A program made the position numbers and the translations under genes. A stretch of 64,000 nt of DNA, taken from assembly GCA_963719515.1 (NCBI GenBank), contig CAVRCJ010000004.1, forward strand, positions 32,001 to 96,000, given 5' to 3'. Below the pieces are notes generated by a model that made no database searches, was not told the origin of the DNA, and worked only from the letters and a program-made list of their open reading frames with translations. Source of the stretch: an uncultured cyanobacterium (GTDB lineage: Bacteria; Cyanobacteriota; Cyanobacteriia; CAKZMO01). The stretch's first letter is position 1. Every line of letters begins with the position of its first letter. Below are positions 53,547 through 63,054 of this stretch, piece by piece.

Positions 53547-54173
53547 TCAGCTATGAATCCGAGGCTCATGGTGCAGCGTCGCCAACACCTCGCTCTCCAC
53601 CTCAGCCAGCTCCGTCAGCCGCGCATCTACCACGCTGCGCTCAAAGCTCTGGGTCGCCAGCACCCAAAAGGCCCCATAGTGCCGTGCCTCAGACGCCATC
53701 AGTCCCCGATAAAACGCCCCCAGCTCCGGGTCCGGGCAGTGCTCTCCCAACAGCCCCAGCCGCTCGTGGCTGCGGGCCTCAATCAGCGCCGACACCAGCA
53801 GCGAGTCCAGCATGCGGTAGGGTTCCTGCTTGCGCACCTGGGCCTTCAAGGTTGCTCCGTAGGGCGGTGCATTCAGTGGAGCTAGCGGTACTCCTCGCCG
53901 CTCTAGCCAGCGGTTCACCTGCTCAAAGTGCTCCAGCTCCTCACGGGCGATCGCCGTCAGGCTATGCACCAGGGGCGCGTTGGCCGGATAGCGAAACATC
54001 AGGGTCAGCGCGTTGCTGGCCGCCTTGCGCTCGCAGTGGGAATGGTCCAGCATGACTTCGTCCAGGTGGGCGATCGCCTGATCGATCCAGGCTTGAGACG
54101 TAGGCTGCTGCAAAAACTTGATGGGCTGCTGGGGGATTGCGGGGGATTGCGGTGCGGTGGAATGAAGCGTCAC
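53547..54173 (-). CDS. miaE: tRNA-(ms2io6A) hydroxylase
   Basis: LDHSHCERKAA, REELEHF, ALIEARSHERL, SEARH, RIHS. Confidence 0.92.
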   Translation of the reverse strand: MTLHSTAPQSPAIPQQPIKFLQQPTSQAWIDQAIAHLDEVMLDHSHCERKAASNALTLMFRYPANAPLVHSLTAIAREELEHFEQVNRWLERRGVPLAPLNAPPYGATLKAQVRKQEPYRMLDSLLVSALIEARSHERLGLLGEHCPDPELGAFYRGLMASEARHYGAFWVLATQSFERSVVDARLTELAEVESEVLATLHHEPRIHS

Positions 54174-54256
54174 AGGAGTAGCGGCCAGAGGGACAGGGTC
54201 GCCATTATCCTAACCTAAAGAGCCTACAGCGATGATCTCACGGAAGGTTCACCCCT

Positions 54257-54514
54257 ATGTCAAGTGACAACAAGACGACGATTTTAGCTGCGATCATCGG
54301 TCTATTCAGCGCAGTTGGCGTTGCCGCGATTTCAAACTTCGATACGCTTTACTCAACTGTAACAGAAGCGACCAGCGTCACAGAAGCAGCATCGACAGAG
54401 TTAGAAAGGGAGCCTCAGACAGCATCGCCGTCTAGCCCAGCTTCAACAACACGCACAGAGCCTTCAGCCCGAAGCTCAAGGAATAGACCAGCAGCGCGTC
54501 AGCGAAGGGGATAG
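54257..54514 (+). CDS. Small hypothetical membrane-anchored protein with a Ser/Thr-rich tail (possibly a remnant)
   Basis: AAGG upstream; single hydrophobic helix ILAAIIGLFSAVGVAAI. Confidence 0.45.
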   Translation: MSSDNKTTILAAIIGLFSAVGVAAISNFDTLYSTVTEATSVTEAASTELEREPQTASPSSPASTTRTEPSARSSRNRPAARQRRG

Positions 54515-54519
54515 ACGGT

Positions 54520-55308
54520 TTGGGGGCAGCGCAGTTTCAATTTCACCACCGTCAGCAGGGCCGCGGTCCCGCTATTCTGTTTCTGCATGGCTTTATGGGC
54601 GGCGGGCGCGATTTTGACGGGGTCTCGTCGCAGCTAAGCCAGCAGCAAACCTGTCTCACGCTAGACCTCCCCGACCACGGGCAGACCGTGACAGTTCGCG
54701 GAACGTCCTACTCTATGGCCGCAGTGGCGGACAGTATTCTGGACTGGCTGGCTGCGATCGCGCCGCGCCGCTGCATCTTGGCGGGCTACTCCATGGGCGG
54801 GCGGCTAGCGCTGTACCTAGCGCTGACGGCCCCCGAGCGCTTCTCTCACCTCTTGCTCGAGTCCGCCTCTCCCGGTCTAAAAACCCCCGCCGAGCGGCAG
54901 GCCCGCATCGCTCAAGATAAAGCGCGATCGCAGCAAATCCAGCAGGACTTCGAAGAGTTTCTGCAGCGCTGGTACCAAGCGCCCATGTTCCAAAATCTGG
55001 CCCAGCAGCCTAACTTTAACGCTGTGCTGCAGCGACGACGGCAGAATGCTCCCGAGGCATTGGGGCGATCGCTCCGCTGCCTCGGGACTGGACAACAGCC
55101 CTCCCTATGGCCGCAGCTGCACAAGCTTACTCTGCCGACGCTGCTGCTGACCGGCGAGCAGGACAAAAAATTCTGCACAATTAACGCTGAAATGGCGCAG
55201 CAAATTCCCAATGCGCAGTTGATAATGGTGGCGGGCTGCGGTCACACAATACATTTAGAGAAACCAGCTCGGTATGTGCAAGCGATCGCTGCTTTAGCTA
55301 GTTCGTGA
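54520..55308 (+). CDS. menH: SHCHC synthase
   Basis: FLHGFMG, DLPDHG, GYSMGGRLAL, ESASPGL, WYQAPMF, GEQDKKF, GHTIHLE. Confidence 0.9.
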   Translation: MGAAQFQFHHRQQGRGPAILFLHGFMGGGRDFDGVSSQLSQQQTCLTLDLPDHGQTVTVRGTSYSMAAVADSILDWLAAIAPRRCILAGYSMGGRLALYLALTAPERFSHLLLESASPGLKTPAERQARIAQDKARSQQIQQDFEEFLQRWYQAPMFQNLAQQPNFNAVLQRRRQNAPEALGRSLRCLGTGQQPSLWPQLHKLTLPTLLLTGEQDKKFCTINAEMAQQIPNAQLIMVAGCGHTIHLEKPARYVQAIAALASS

Positions 55309-55746
55309 AAGCCCCGCGCTGTATGCGCAGCATCAGCGTCGGGATGTGAGCGAGCGAGTCGAGGTGCGCCCTTAACTGGATGCCGAAGGCGGCAATTAAG
55401 GGCAGCGCCGAGGCGAGCAAAGGGTACAATTGAACCAAGCTCAAACTATTTCATGGCGGCGGCCTGCTATCCTGACACAAACGTACAGCCCTGGGCTGGT
55501 GAACAGTGCAGACGGTAGAAAACGTAGCTGGAAATTGAATACTCGTCACTGTCTGGGGTTGGTCATTGCCTGGACATTAAACAAATCGCCTGTCGATGGG
55601 ATCTAATCGGGGTTGCACGGCTTGCTGCGTAACTAGACAGGACCAGATGAAGCAGGATACCTTCTTGCGCGGCATCCATTAAATTGTGGTGCGTGAGCCA
55701 AGAAGCCCGCGCTCTATCTAAAAGATGAGCGTCGGGAGTATGTCAC
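55298..55746 (+). mobile_element. Non-autonomous IS200/IS605-family derivative (no tnpA/tnpB ORF)
   Basis: Related subterminal hairpins AAAG-CCCCGCGCTGTATGCGCAGCATCAGCGTCGGG (55308-55343) and GAAG-CCCGCGCTCTATCTAAAAGATGAGCGTCGGG-AGTATGTCAC (55702-55746). GCCTGT and TGAAGCAGGA motifs typical of tnpB 3' ends. Left boundary approximate. Confidence 0.72.
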
Positions 55747-55973
55747 TCGGGACAAAGTCTGATACTTGACCTATCTTCGTGGCTGCTGACGCTCAACCGC
55801 CGATAGAGTCTAGGGCTTCCCGTCTAGTCGCTAAATGCAACGGCATTGGTTACCTGCTGCTGCAATCAATGGCTTCTACCAGGTTACGCTGGCCCTCCAA
55901 TCCCCCCACGGCCACTTGACCCACTCGGAACTGATACACTCATAGTCGGCGTGAACCCTCAGGTTTAGGACCT

Positions 55974-56804
55974 ATGTACCCACCCGTTGACCCCATCATC
56001 TTTGAGTTTGGCCCCATTGCCCTGCGCTGGTACGGCCTCCTGATGATGCTCGCCATCTTGACAGGGGCAACCCTAGCGAGCCGCTACGTTGGCCGCCAGG
56101 GGCAAGACCCGGATGACTTCTGGGACATGCTGATTTGGGTGCTGATTCCTGCCTTCATTGGGGCCAGACTGTACTACGTGTTCATCCAGTCGCCGCGCGG
56201 TGAAGATGGCCTGCAGTATTACCTGTCGAATCCGGCGGAGATTTTTAAGATTTGGAGCGGCGGCATCCACATTTTTGGGGCGTTTATTGCGGGTACGCTG
56301 GCGCTGTGGCTCTATACGCGGCTGCGTAATTTACCCGCCTTGGTCTTTTTAGACGGCATTGCTTTAGGCTTGCCTTTGGCCCAGGCTATTGGCCGCTGGG
56401 GCAACTTCATCAACCAGGAGCTGTACGGCCCGCCGACTGACCTATCTTGGGGACTGCGCATCGACCCGCGCCACCGCATTGGGCCGTACCGCGACCTAGC
56501 TGAATATGACCAGAGCACCCGCTTTCATCCCCTATTTTTATATGAGTCGCTGTGGAATTTTGCGGGATTTGCGCTGATTTTCTGGATTTCCCGGCGCTTT
56601 AAGCTCAGAGATGGAGATTTGGCTCTGCTGTACCTAATTTGGTATCCCTTGGGTCGGTTTTTCATCGAGTTCCTGCGTACGGACTCCTGGTTTTTCCCAG
56701 GAACGCCGTTCAACGTGGTGCATATTTTGTGTGCGATCGCCGTCATTGCCGCAAGCGTTACCCTGTATTTACGGCGTCAGCGTCAGCAGTCAGCAGTTCA
56801 GTGA
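55974..56804 (+). CDS. lgt: Prolipoprotein diacylglyceryl transferase
   Basis: LRWYGL, GARLYYV, GGIHIFG, AQAIGRWGNFINQELYG, HPLFLYES, RFFIEFLR. Confidence 0.95.
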   Translation: MYPPVDPIIFEFGPIALRWYGLLMMLAILTGATLASRYVGRQGQDPDDFWDMLIWVLIPAFIGARLYYVFIQSPRGEDGLQYYLSNPAEIFKIWSGGIHIFGAFIAGTLALWLYTRLRNLPALVFLDGIALGLPLAQAIGRWGNFINQELYGPPTDLSWGLRIDPRHRIGPYRDLAEYDQSTRFHPLFLYESLWNFAGFALIFWISRRFKLRDGDLALLYLIWYPLGRFFIEFLRTDSWFFPGTPFNVVHILCAIAVIAASVTLYLRRQRQQSAVQ

Positions 56805-56823
56805 GCTACCGTAACGATTACCT

Positions 56824-58218
56824 ATGGCTCCCCCTTCCCCCCGTCTAATTATCATCGGTCTCGACTGCATGGAGCCCTCCCTGGTCTTCGAGCAGTGGCA
56901 GGGCGACCTGCCCAACCTATCGCGGCTGATGGCCCAAGGCAGCTATGGCCGCCTAGAGAGCAGCATTCCTGCCATCACCGTCCCGGCCTGGAGCTGCATG
57001 ACCAGCGGGCGCGACCCTGGCGAGCTGGGCATCTACGGCTTTCGCAACCGCCGCAGTCGCGACTATCACAGCATGGCCATCTCCGACGGGCGGGCGGTGA
57101 AGATGCCGCGCCTGTGGGACATCCTAGGGGATGCGGGCTGGCAGGTGGCGGTGCTCAGCGTACCGGGCACCTCGCCCCCCTACCCGGTGAACGGCTCGCT
57201 GGTGTCCTGCTTCCTCACCCCCAACACCGATGGCCCCTTCACCCATCCCCCCGAGCTGGCGGAGCAGATCCGCGACTGGATGCCCGACTTTATGCTGGAC
57301 GTGCCCCAGTTCCGCTCCAACGACAAAGCGCGGATTTTGGATAACCTCTACACCCTCTGCGACCAGCGCTTTACCCTAGCGGAAAAGCTAATCCACAGGG
57401 ACAGCCCCGACATGCTGATGCTGGTGGACATGGCCACCGATCGCATCCACCACTCGTTCTGGAAGCCCATGGACCCCCGCCATCCCCAGTACGAGCCGGA
57501 CTCGCCCTACAAAAGCGCCATTCACGACTACTACTGCCACGTGGACCAGCGCATTGGTGAGTTGCTGAACCACTGCAGCGATGAGACGGCGGTGCTAGTG
57601 GTGTCAGACCACGGCGCTCGCCCGCTGATGGGGGGCGTGTGCATTAACGAGTGGCTGATGGCCCAGGGCTACCTGACGCTCAAGGAGACGCCTAGCGAGG
57701 TTGTCTCTCTAGATCAAGCCGAAGTGGACTGGAGCAAAACTAAAGTCTGGGGCGCGGGAGGATACTACGCCCGCATCTTTATTAACGTGGAGGGCCGGGA
57801 GCCGGAGGGCGTGGTGCCCATGGCGGAATACGAGGGGCTGCGATCGCGCCTGGCCGACCAGCTCAAAACCCTCACTGACCCAGAGGGCAATCCCCTCGTC
57901 GTGAAGGTGTTCAGGCCCCAGGAGATTTACCGGCGGGTGCGGGGCATGGCCCCCGACCTAATCGTTTATTTTGACGACTTGGCCTGGCGCTCTATTGGTT
58001 CGGTGGGCATCGGGGCGCTGCACACCACCGACAACGACACCGGCCCCGACGACGCCAACCATGCCCCCTTCGGGATGATGATTTTCCACGACCCCAAAGA
58101 TCCAAAGGGAGGTCAAGTGCTGGAGGGGGCTCAGCTCTACGACATTTTGCCGACGCTGCTGTCGCGCTACGGGCTTCAAGCACCGTCTGGGCTGCGGGGC
58201 AGGGTGCTGCCGGTCTAG
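56824..58218 (+). CDS. Alkaline-phosphatase-superfamily protein (phosphodiesterase/nucleotide pyrophosphatase-like)
   Basis: IIGLDC, ITVPAW...TSG.DPG..GIYGF, DRIHH, VVSDHG, PDDANH. Confidence 0.88.
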   Translation: MAPPSPRLIIIGLDCMEPSLVFEQWQGDLPNLSRLMAQGSYGRLESSIPAITVPAWSCMTSGRDPGELGIYGFRNRRSRDYHSMAISDGRAVKMPRLWDILGDAGWQVAVLSVPGTSPPYPVNGSLVSCFLTPNTDGPFTHPPELAEQIRDWMPDFMLDVPQFRSNDKARILDNLYTLCDQRFTLAEKLIHRDSPDMLMLVDMATDRIHHSFWKPMDPRHPQYEPDSPYKSAIHDYYCHVDQRIGELLNHCSDETAVLVVSDHGARPLMGGVCINEWLMAQGYLTLKETPSEVVSLDQAEVDWSKTKVWGAGGYYARIFINVEGREPEGVVPMAEYEGLRSRLADQLKTLTDPEGNPLVVKVFRPQEIYRRVRGMAPDLIVYFDDLAWRSIGSVGIGALHTTDNDTGPDDANHAPFGMMIFHDPKDPKGGQVLEGAQLYDILPTLLSRYGLQAPSGLRGRVLPV

Positions 58219-58231
58219 CCAACGCTATGAC

Positions 58232-58268
58232 CGCTGCTTAGGTGCTGTATGGGTGGCCCTAAGCGGCG
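58232..58268 (+). terminator. Stem-loop downstream of the phosphodiesterase gene, possible terminator
   Basis: CGCTGCTTAGG...CCTAAGCGGCG inverted repeat just after the stop; no clear U-tract. Confidence 0.3.
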
Positions 58269-58320
58269 AGCAGGGCAATTGCTAGATAGGGTGCGGATTT
58301 TTTTGAGGCGATCGTGGTTA

Positions 58321-58444
58321 CAACACTCCGGACAGTTTTTGATGATCAACGAGAGAATGAGGGTTTTAGCCCTCTCTTACGATAGTTGAGCGAACGAGAA
58401 ATCAAGGGTTTCAGCGATCGCCTAGAAAATTGTCCGGACTATTG
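58321..58444. mobile_element. 124-bp MITE-like IS remnant
   Basis: TIRs CAACACTCCGGACAGTTTT / AAAATTGTCCGGACTATTG (16 of 19 positions match); no ORF; no clear target duplication. Confidence 0.6.
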
Positions 58445-58508
58445 AAGAGATAGACTCAAAACAAAATAAAATTAACCATTTAACCATTTCGATAGCTGTC
58501 ATCAGGTC

Positions 58509-59690
58509 ATGAATCAAGAGCATGTAAACAATTTGGATAAAGGTAAAAATTTTTGGAATGAATGGCGAAAACATAATGCAGACATAGAACCTGACTTTAA
58601 AGAAGCTCAGTTAACTGATATGGATTCGCATTTAATCGCTCCCTTGAAGCGGAGAGATTTAAGAGGCTATGATTTGAGCAGAGCTAATTTTTGGCGGGCA
58701 AACTTTAGAGCCGTAGATTTGACTGAGGCAAATTTATCTAGAGCACACCTTAATCAAGCAATTTTAGAAGAAGCTGATCTAACTAGAGCTAATTTGCAAA
58801 GTGCTTGGGTTGAAGGAGCAAATCTATGTAAAGCCTCATTGCAGGAAGCTAATTTATGTTCAGCTCAGCTATGGAGATCAGATTTATCTAGAGCAGATTG
58901 TAGTAGTGCCTTCTTTTGTCAAGCTAATTTAGGTGCTGCTGATTTATTCAAGGCAAATTTTAGCAATACTTGTTTGCGAAATTCTAACCTTATGGGTGCG
59001 CGGCTTGTAGAAACTAATTTTAGGAATGTAGATCTTACAGGTAGTTCAATCTGGGGAATATCTGCTTGGGATTTAAATTTAGAAGGCGCAAATCAAGACA
59101 ATTTAGTAATTACACCTAAAGGTTCTTCTACCATTACAGTGGATAATCTTGAAGTTGCTCAATTTACATATTTACTGCTCAACAATCAGAAGCTCCGTAA
59201 CATAATCGACACCATTACATCTAAAGCGGTGCTGATTTTAGGGCGATTTACTCAAGAACGTAAAATAGTGTTAGATGCGATAAGAGATGCACTAAGACAG
59301 CACAATTTTGTCCCGATGATATTTGATTTCGACCGCCCCAGTGATCGAGACTTTACCGAAACAATTGTGACCCTGACCGGGATGTGCCGATTTGTTATAG
59401 CAGATATTACAAACCCGAAATCAAGTCCTCTTGAGCTACAGGCAACAGTGCCAAACTATATGATTCCTTTCGTTCCTATTCTTCAGAAGGGAGAAAATCC
59501 CTTCTCAATGTTTCGAGATCTCCGAAATAAATATGATTGGGTATTAGATACTCTAGTTTATGACTCTACAGAGAATTTACTTAAAGGGTTGAACAAAGCT
59601 GTTATTTATCCTGCTTTGCAAAAGAGTGAAGAGCTTATGTTAAGGAAAGCCAGTGAGTTAAAGACTAGAGATATTCATGATTATTTATAG
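58509..59690 (+). CDS. Pentapeptide-repeat protein with C-terminal TIR/nucleoside-deoxyribosyltransferase-like domain
   Basis: A(N/D)Lxx repeats over about aa 50-195, then KAVLILGRF...VPMIFDF...RFVIADITNPKSSPLELQ. Visibly AT-rich, and no HIP1 site seen in the gene. Confidence 0.85.
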   Translation: MNQEHVNNLDKGKNFWNEWRKHNADIEPDFKEAQLTDMDSHLIAPLKRRDLRGYDLSRANFWRANFRAVDLTEANLSRAHLNQAILEEADLTRANLQSAWVEGANLCKASLQEANLCSAQLWRSDLSRADCSSAFFCQANLGAADLFKANFSNTCLRNSNLMGARLVETNFRNVDLTGSSIWGISAWDLNLEGANQDNLVITPKGSSTITVDNLEVAQFTYLLLNNQKLRNIIDTITSKAVLILGRFTQERKIVLDAIRDALRQHNFVPMIFDFDRPSDRDFTETIVTLTGMCRFVIADITNPKSSPLELQATVPNYMIPFVPILQKGENPFSMFRDLRNKYDWVLDTLVYDSTENLLKGLNKAVIYPALQKSEELMLRKASELKTRDIHDYL

Positions 59691-59760
59691 TAATGTTGAC
59701 CTGATTTTTTATACTTGTTTAACCCATAAATGTTTAAGTTATTTTAGTTAAGTAATAGAG

Positions 59761-59846
59761 GTCTAACACTTCACGGCAGCGGACGGACGGAAGCCGTTGG
59801 TGCTGAGTTCTGGGTTATCTGCCGCCGCTGCGTTTTGCCGTTAGAC
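59761..59846 (+). mobile_element. Integron attC recombination site (solitary in this window)
   Basis: R'' GTCTAAC (RYYYAAC) and R' GTTAGAC (GTTRRRY) are perfectly complementary. Inner arms ACG(G)CAGCGG(A)CGG / CCGCCGCTGCGT pair with two extra bases. 86 bp long, 70 bp after the stop codon. Confidence 0.82.
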
Positions 59847-59909
59847 AAATGCTTCAACATGCCCCATCGGCTACGGGATAGAATGCTACCGGCGTGATTA
59901 ATGTAGCAA

Positions 59910-60887
59910 TTAGCCCGGGTAGTGACAGGCGACGTAATGATCATCGCCGCTAGGCTGGAGCATCGGCAGAACCTGTTGGCAGCGATCGCCTCCCTTGGGG
60001 CAGCGGCCATAGAGCCGGCAAACCTGAGGCGAGGGGTTGATGGGGCTGCGGGGTTCACCCGTCAGAGGAATACGAGGCGGACGGCCTTCAAAGCTAGGAA
60101 TAGCCGAGACTAGAGCCTGGGTGTAGGGGTGCTGGGGATGGTTGAAGATTTGGTCTGTGGGCCCCGTTTCCACCAGCTTGCCCAGGTACATCACCAAAAT
60201 GCGATCGCACAGCAGCCGCACCACGTTTAGGTCGTGGGAGACGAACAGGTAGCTCATGTTCAGCTGCGATCGCAGGTCGGCCAGCAAATGTAAAATCACC
60301 GCCTGCACCGACACGTCTAGCGCCGAGGTGGGCTCATCCAAAATCAGCAGCTTCGGGCTGAGGGCGATCGCCCGCGCAATTCCCACCCGCGCCTTTTGGC
60401 CCCCAGAAAGCTGATGGGGAAAGCGGCCTAGCAGTTCGGGCGGCAGGCCCACCTGCTGGGCTAGCGCCATGGTCCGCTGCTGCATTTGCTGGCGGCTGCG
60501 CTTGTCCCCAAGTCGCCGGATAGGCTCTGTGATCGTGTCAAAGGCCGTGAACCGGGGGTTGAGGCTGTCGCTGGGGTCTTGAAACACCATCTGCAGCTCG
60601 GGCCGATGGGCGCTGTGGGCAAAGGTGCCAACTGGGATGCGGCCAATATCGACGCCGTCAAACGCGATCGCCCCTGCGGTGGGTTCTAGCAGGCGGGCAA
60701 TGAGGCGAATTAGCGTCGACTTGCCGCAGCCCGACTCTCCCACAAGCCCGACGCTTTCCCCTGGCGCAATGGTGAGGTCGATGCCGTCCACGGCGTGGAG
60801 CGATCGCTTGGGGCTGGGCATCAGCGGCCAGGAGAACCCGGACGGCGCGACGGGGAAGTGTTTTTCGAGTCCGGTGACTTGGAGCAT
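59910..60887 (-). CDS. Oligopeptide/dipeptide ABC transporter ATP-binding protein (OppF/DppF-like)
   Basis: [29 protein letters not shown], Cys-rich C-terminal tail. Confidence 0.93.
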   Translation of the reverse strand: MLQVTGLEKHFPVAPSGFSWPLMPSPKRSLHAVDGIDLTIAPGESVGLVGESGCGKSTLIRLIARLLEPTAGAIAFDGVDIGRIPVGTFAHSAHRPELQMVFQDPSDSLNPRFTAFDTITEPIRRLGDKRSRQQMQQRTMALAQQVGLPPELLGRFPHQLSGGQKARVGIARAIALSPKLLILDEPTSALDVSVQAVILHLLADLRSQLNMSYLFVSHDLNVVRLLCDRILVMYLGKLVETGPTDQIFNHPQHPYTQALVSAIPSFEGRPPRIPLTGEPRSPINPSPQVCRLYGRCPKGGDRCQQVLPMLQPSGDDHYVACHYPG

Positions 60888-60937
60888 TTTGAGGCTGTGC
60901 TTACAGGTGTTTAACTAAGGCTGTCGGTTTACTCCCC

Positions 60938-61996
60938 TCAGTCCCCCCTTGCCAAGGGGGGAAGTTCGGTCTGCGGCGCTGGTGCGGCTGGCATAGGGAA
61001 GTCAAAGGGCGATAAAGGGTGCCAGCAGGCCACCGCGTGGTCGGCCCCTACGGTTTCGTAGGGCAGCGGATTTTGGTGGCAGGTGTCGGTAGCGCGATCG
61101 CAGCGGCTGATGAACCGGCAGGGGGGGAGGTCGGAGCGGCGTAGGTCCGGCAGGTTGCCCAAAATGGGAATCAGGTCGTTAAAGCCTTTGTGGGGTTCTG
61201 GGGTGGCGGCGATTAGCTTAGCGGTGTAGGGGTGGCGCGGCTGGCGAAATAGGGTGTGGGTAGGGGCGCTCTCGACGACGTGGCCCGCATGCATGACTAA
61301 GATGCGATCGCAATATTCTGAGGCCATGGCCAGGTCGTGGGTAATGACGATGGTGGCCATCTGCTGCCCTGTGGCCAGCTGCTTAAGCAAGGTCATCACC
61401 GTAGCCTGGGTGGTGACGTCCAGACCTGTGGTGGGCTCATCTGCGATCAGAAGGTCGGGGGAGCAGGCCAGGGCTAGGGCAATCATCACCCGCTGGCAGA
61501 GCCCGCCTGAAAGCTCGTAGGGGTAGGCCTTATAGCGCTGCTGAGGGTCGGGGATGTTGACGCTGGCCAAGAGTTCCACGGCGCGGGATTTGAGCTGTGG
61601 TCGAGGCAGCTCGGTGTGGCAGCGCAGTACGTCGGTGAGCTGCTTGCCCACCTGACGGATGGGGTTGAGGGCGACCCGAGGATTTTGGAAGATCATCGAC
61701 AGCTCTTTGCCCCGCAGCGATCGCAGCCGCCTTTCTGGGAATTTGAGTAAGTTACAGAGTCCTTCGGGCTGCTGCCAGAGAATTTCTCCGGCGGTTACTT
61801 CCCCGGCGCGGTCTAGAATTCCAAGGATGGTCAGCGCCAGCACCGATTTCCCGGAGCCGCTCTCGCCCACGATGCCGAGGGTTTCGCCTCGGTTGATCTG
61901 GAAGCTAACGTTTTCTAGGGCGTTGACGGTGCCGCTGCGGGTGCGGAATTCGACGGACAGTCCCCGAACGGTGAGGAGGCTTTCGTTGTCGCTCAT
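60938..61996 (-). CDS. Oligopeptide/dipeptide ABC transporter ATP-binding protein (OppD/DppD-like)
   Basis: [29 protein letters not shown], Cys-rich tail. Confidence 0.93.
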   Translation of the reverse strand: MSDNESLLTVRGLSVEFRTRSGTVNALENVSFQINRGETLGIVGESGSGKSVLALTILGILDRAGEVTAGEILWQQPEGLCNLLKFPERRLRSLRGKELSMIFQNPRVALNPIRQVGKQLTDVLRCHTELPRPQLKSRAVELLASVNIPDPQQRYKAYPYELSGGLCQRVMIALALACSPDLLIADEPTTGLDVTTQATVMTLLKQLATGQQMATIVITHDLAMASEYCDRILVMHAGHVVESAPTHTLFRQPRHPYTAKLIAATPEPHKGFNDLIPILGNLPDLRRSDLPPCRFISRCDRATDTCHQNPLPYETVGADHAVACWHPLSPFDFPMPAAPAPQTELPPLARGD

Positions 61997-62101
61997 TTTG
62001 TCCTCCCATTCCTCATCACAACTTGACAGCGCAGCGTTTTTGGACCAGGGCTAAATGCGCCTCCATTAACGCTTTACTTCCCCTAGATACCGCCGTTTGC
62101 A

Positions 62102-62158
62102 GGGGGTTTGGGGGAGTCAACTCGTCCCCCAGATGGGGGTTTGGGGGCCTGCCCCCAA
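62102..62158. repeat. REP-like small palindromic repeat pair inside the ABC operon
   Basis: Two tandem GGGGGTTTGGGGG...CCCCA hairpin units. Confidence 0.5.
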
Positions 62159-62166
62159 GCAGCCGG

Positions 62167-63054
62167 TTACGTTCGCATCCTCGGGTCAATCAAATCCCGC
62201 AGCCCATCCCCCAGCAAATTAAAACAAAACACCGCCAGCATCAGCACCATCCCCGGAAATATCGCCAGCCACCACTCCCCCGAAATAATATACGTCGCTC
62301 CCTCGGCGACCATAATCCCCCACTCCGGCGTCGGCGGACGCACCCCCAGACCAATAAACGACAGCCCCGCCGCATTCAGCATCGCCCAGCCCATATTCAG
62401 CGAAATATGCACCATCATCACCGGCAGCACGTTGGGAAACAGGTGCGCCGCCATAATCCGCAGGTGGCTATTGCCCGCGAGCCGCGCCGCCTCCACGTAG
62501 CCCGCCTCCCGCCGCACCAAAATCTCAGAGCGCACCACCCGCGTATAGAGCGGCAAATTGATCACCGCAGTGGCGTAGATGATGTTCTCCACGGTGTTGC
62601 CCAGGGCGGCCACTAGGCCCATGGCCAAAATAAACAGCGGAAACGCCATCAGCGTGTCGATGACGCGGCTGATAAGGCGATCGCACCAGCCGCCGAAGTA
62701 GCCGGCGCAGGTGCCCAAGATGCTGCCCAGGACAAAGGACAAGGCCACGGCCACTACCGCAATCCCCAGGTCCAGCCGCGTCGCTACCATCACCCGGCTG
62801 AGCACGTCTCTCCCCAGGGCATCGGTGCCAAACCAGTGAGCCATAGAGGGGGGCGATAGGGCCATGGCTGCGTTGCTGGCCAGCGGGTCGTAGGGGGCGA
62901 TCGCGTTCCCCAGCAGCGCCAGCAGCACCAGGCCAGAGAACATCAGGAAGGCCCCAAAGGTGACCGGGTTTTCGCTGATGACGTAGCGGGCCTGGTCTAG
63001 GGTCGCTTTGAAGGGCGAGGCGCTGGGGGGTTTGCTATGCGAGGGCGCTGTCAT
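62167..63054 (-). CDS. Peptide ABC transporter permease (OppC/DppC-like)
   Basis: HWFGTDALGRDVLSR, YVEAARLAG, LSFIGLG..PPTPEWG, NLLGDGLRD. Confidence 0.93.
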   Translation of the reverse strand: MTAPSHSKPPSASPFKATLDQARYVISENPVTFGAFLMFSGLVLLALLGNAIAPYDPLASNAAMALSPPSMAHWFGTDALGRDVLSRVMVATRLDLGIAVVAVALSFVLGSILGTCAGYFGGWCDRLISRVIDTLMAFPLFILAMGLVAALGNTVENIIYATAVINLPLYTRVVRSEILVRREAGYVEAARLAGNSHLRIMAAHLFPNVLPVMMVHISLNMGWAMLNAAGLSFIGLGVRPPTPEWGIMVAEGATYIISGEWWLAIFPGMVLMLAVFCFNLLGDGLRDLIDPRMRT

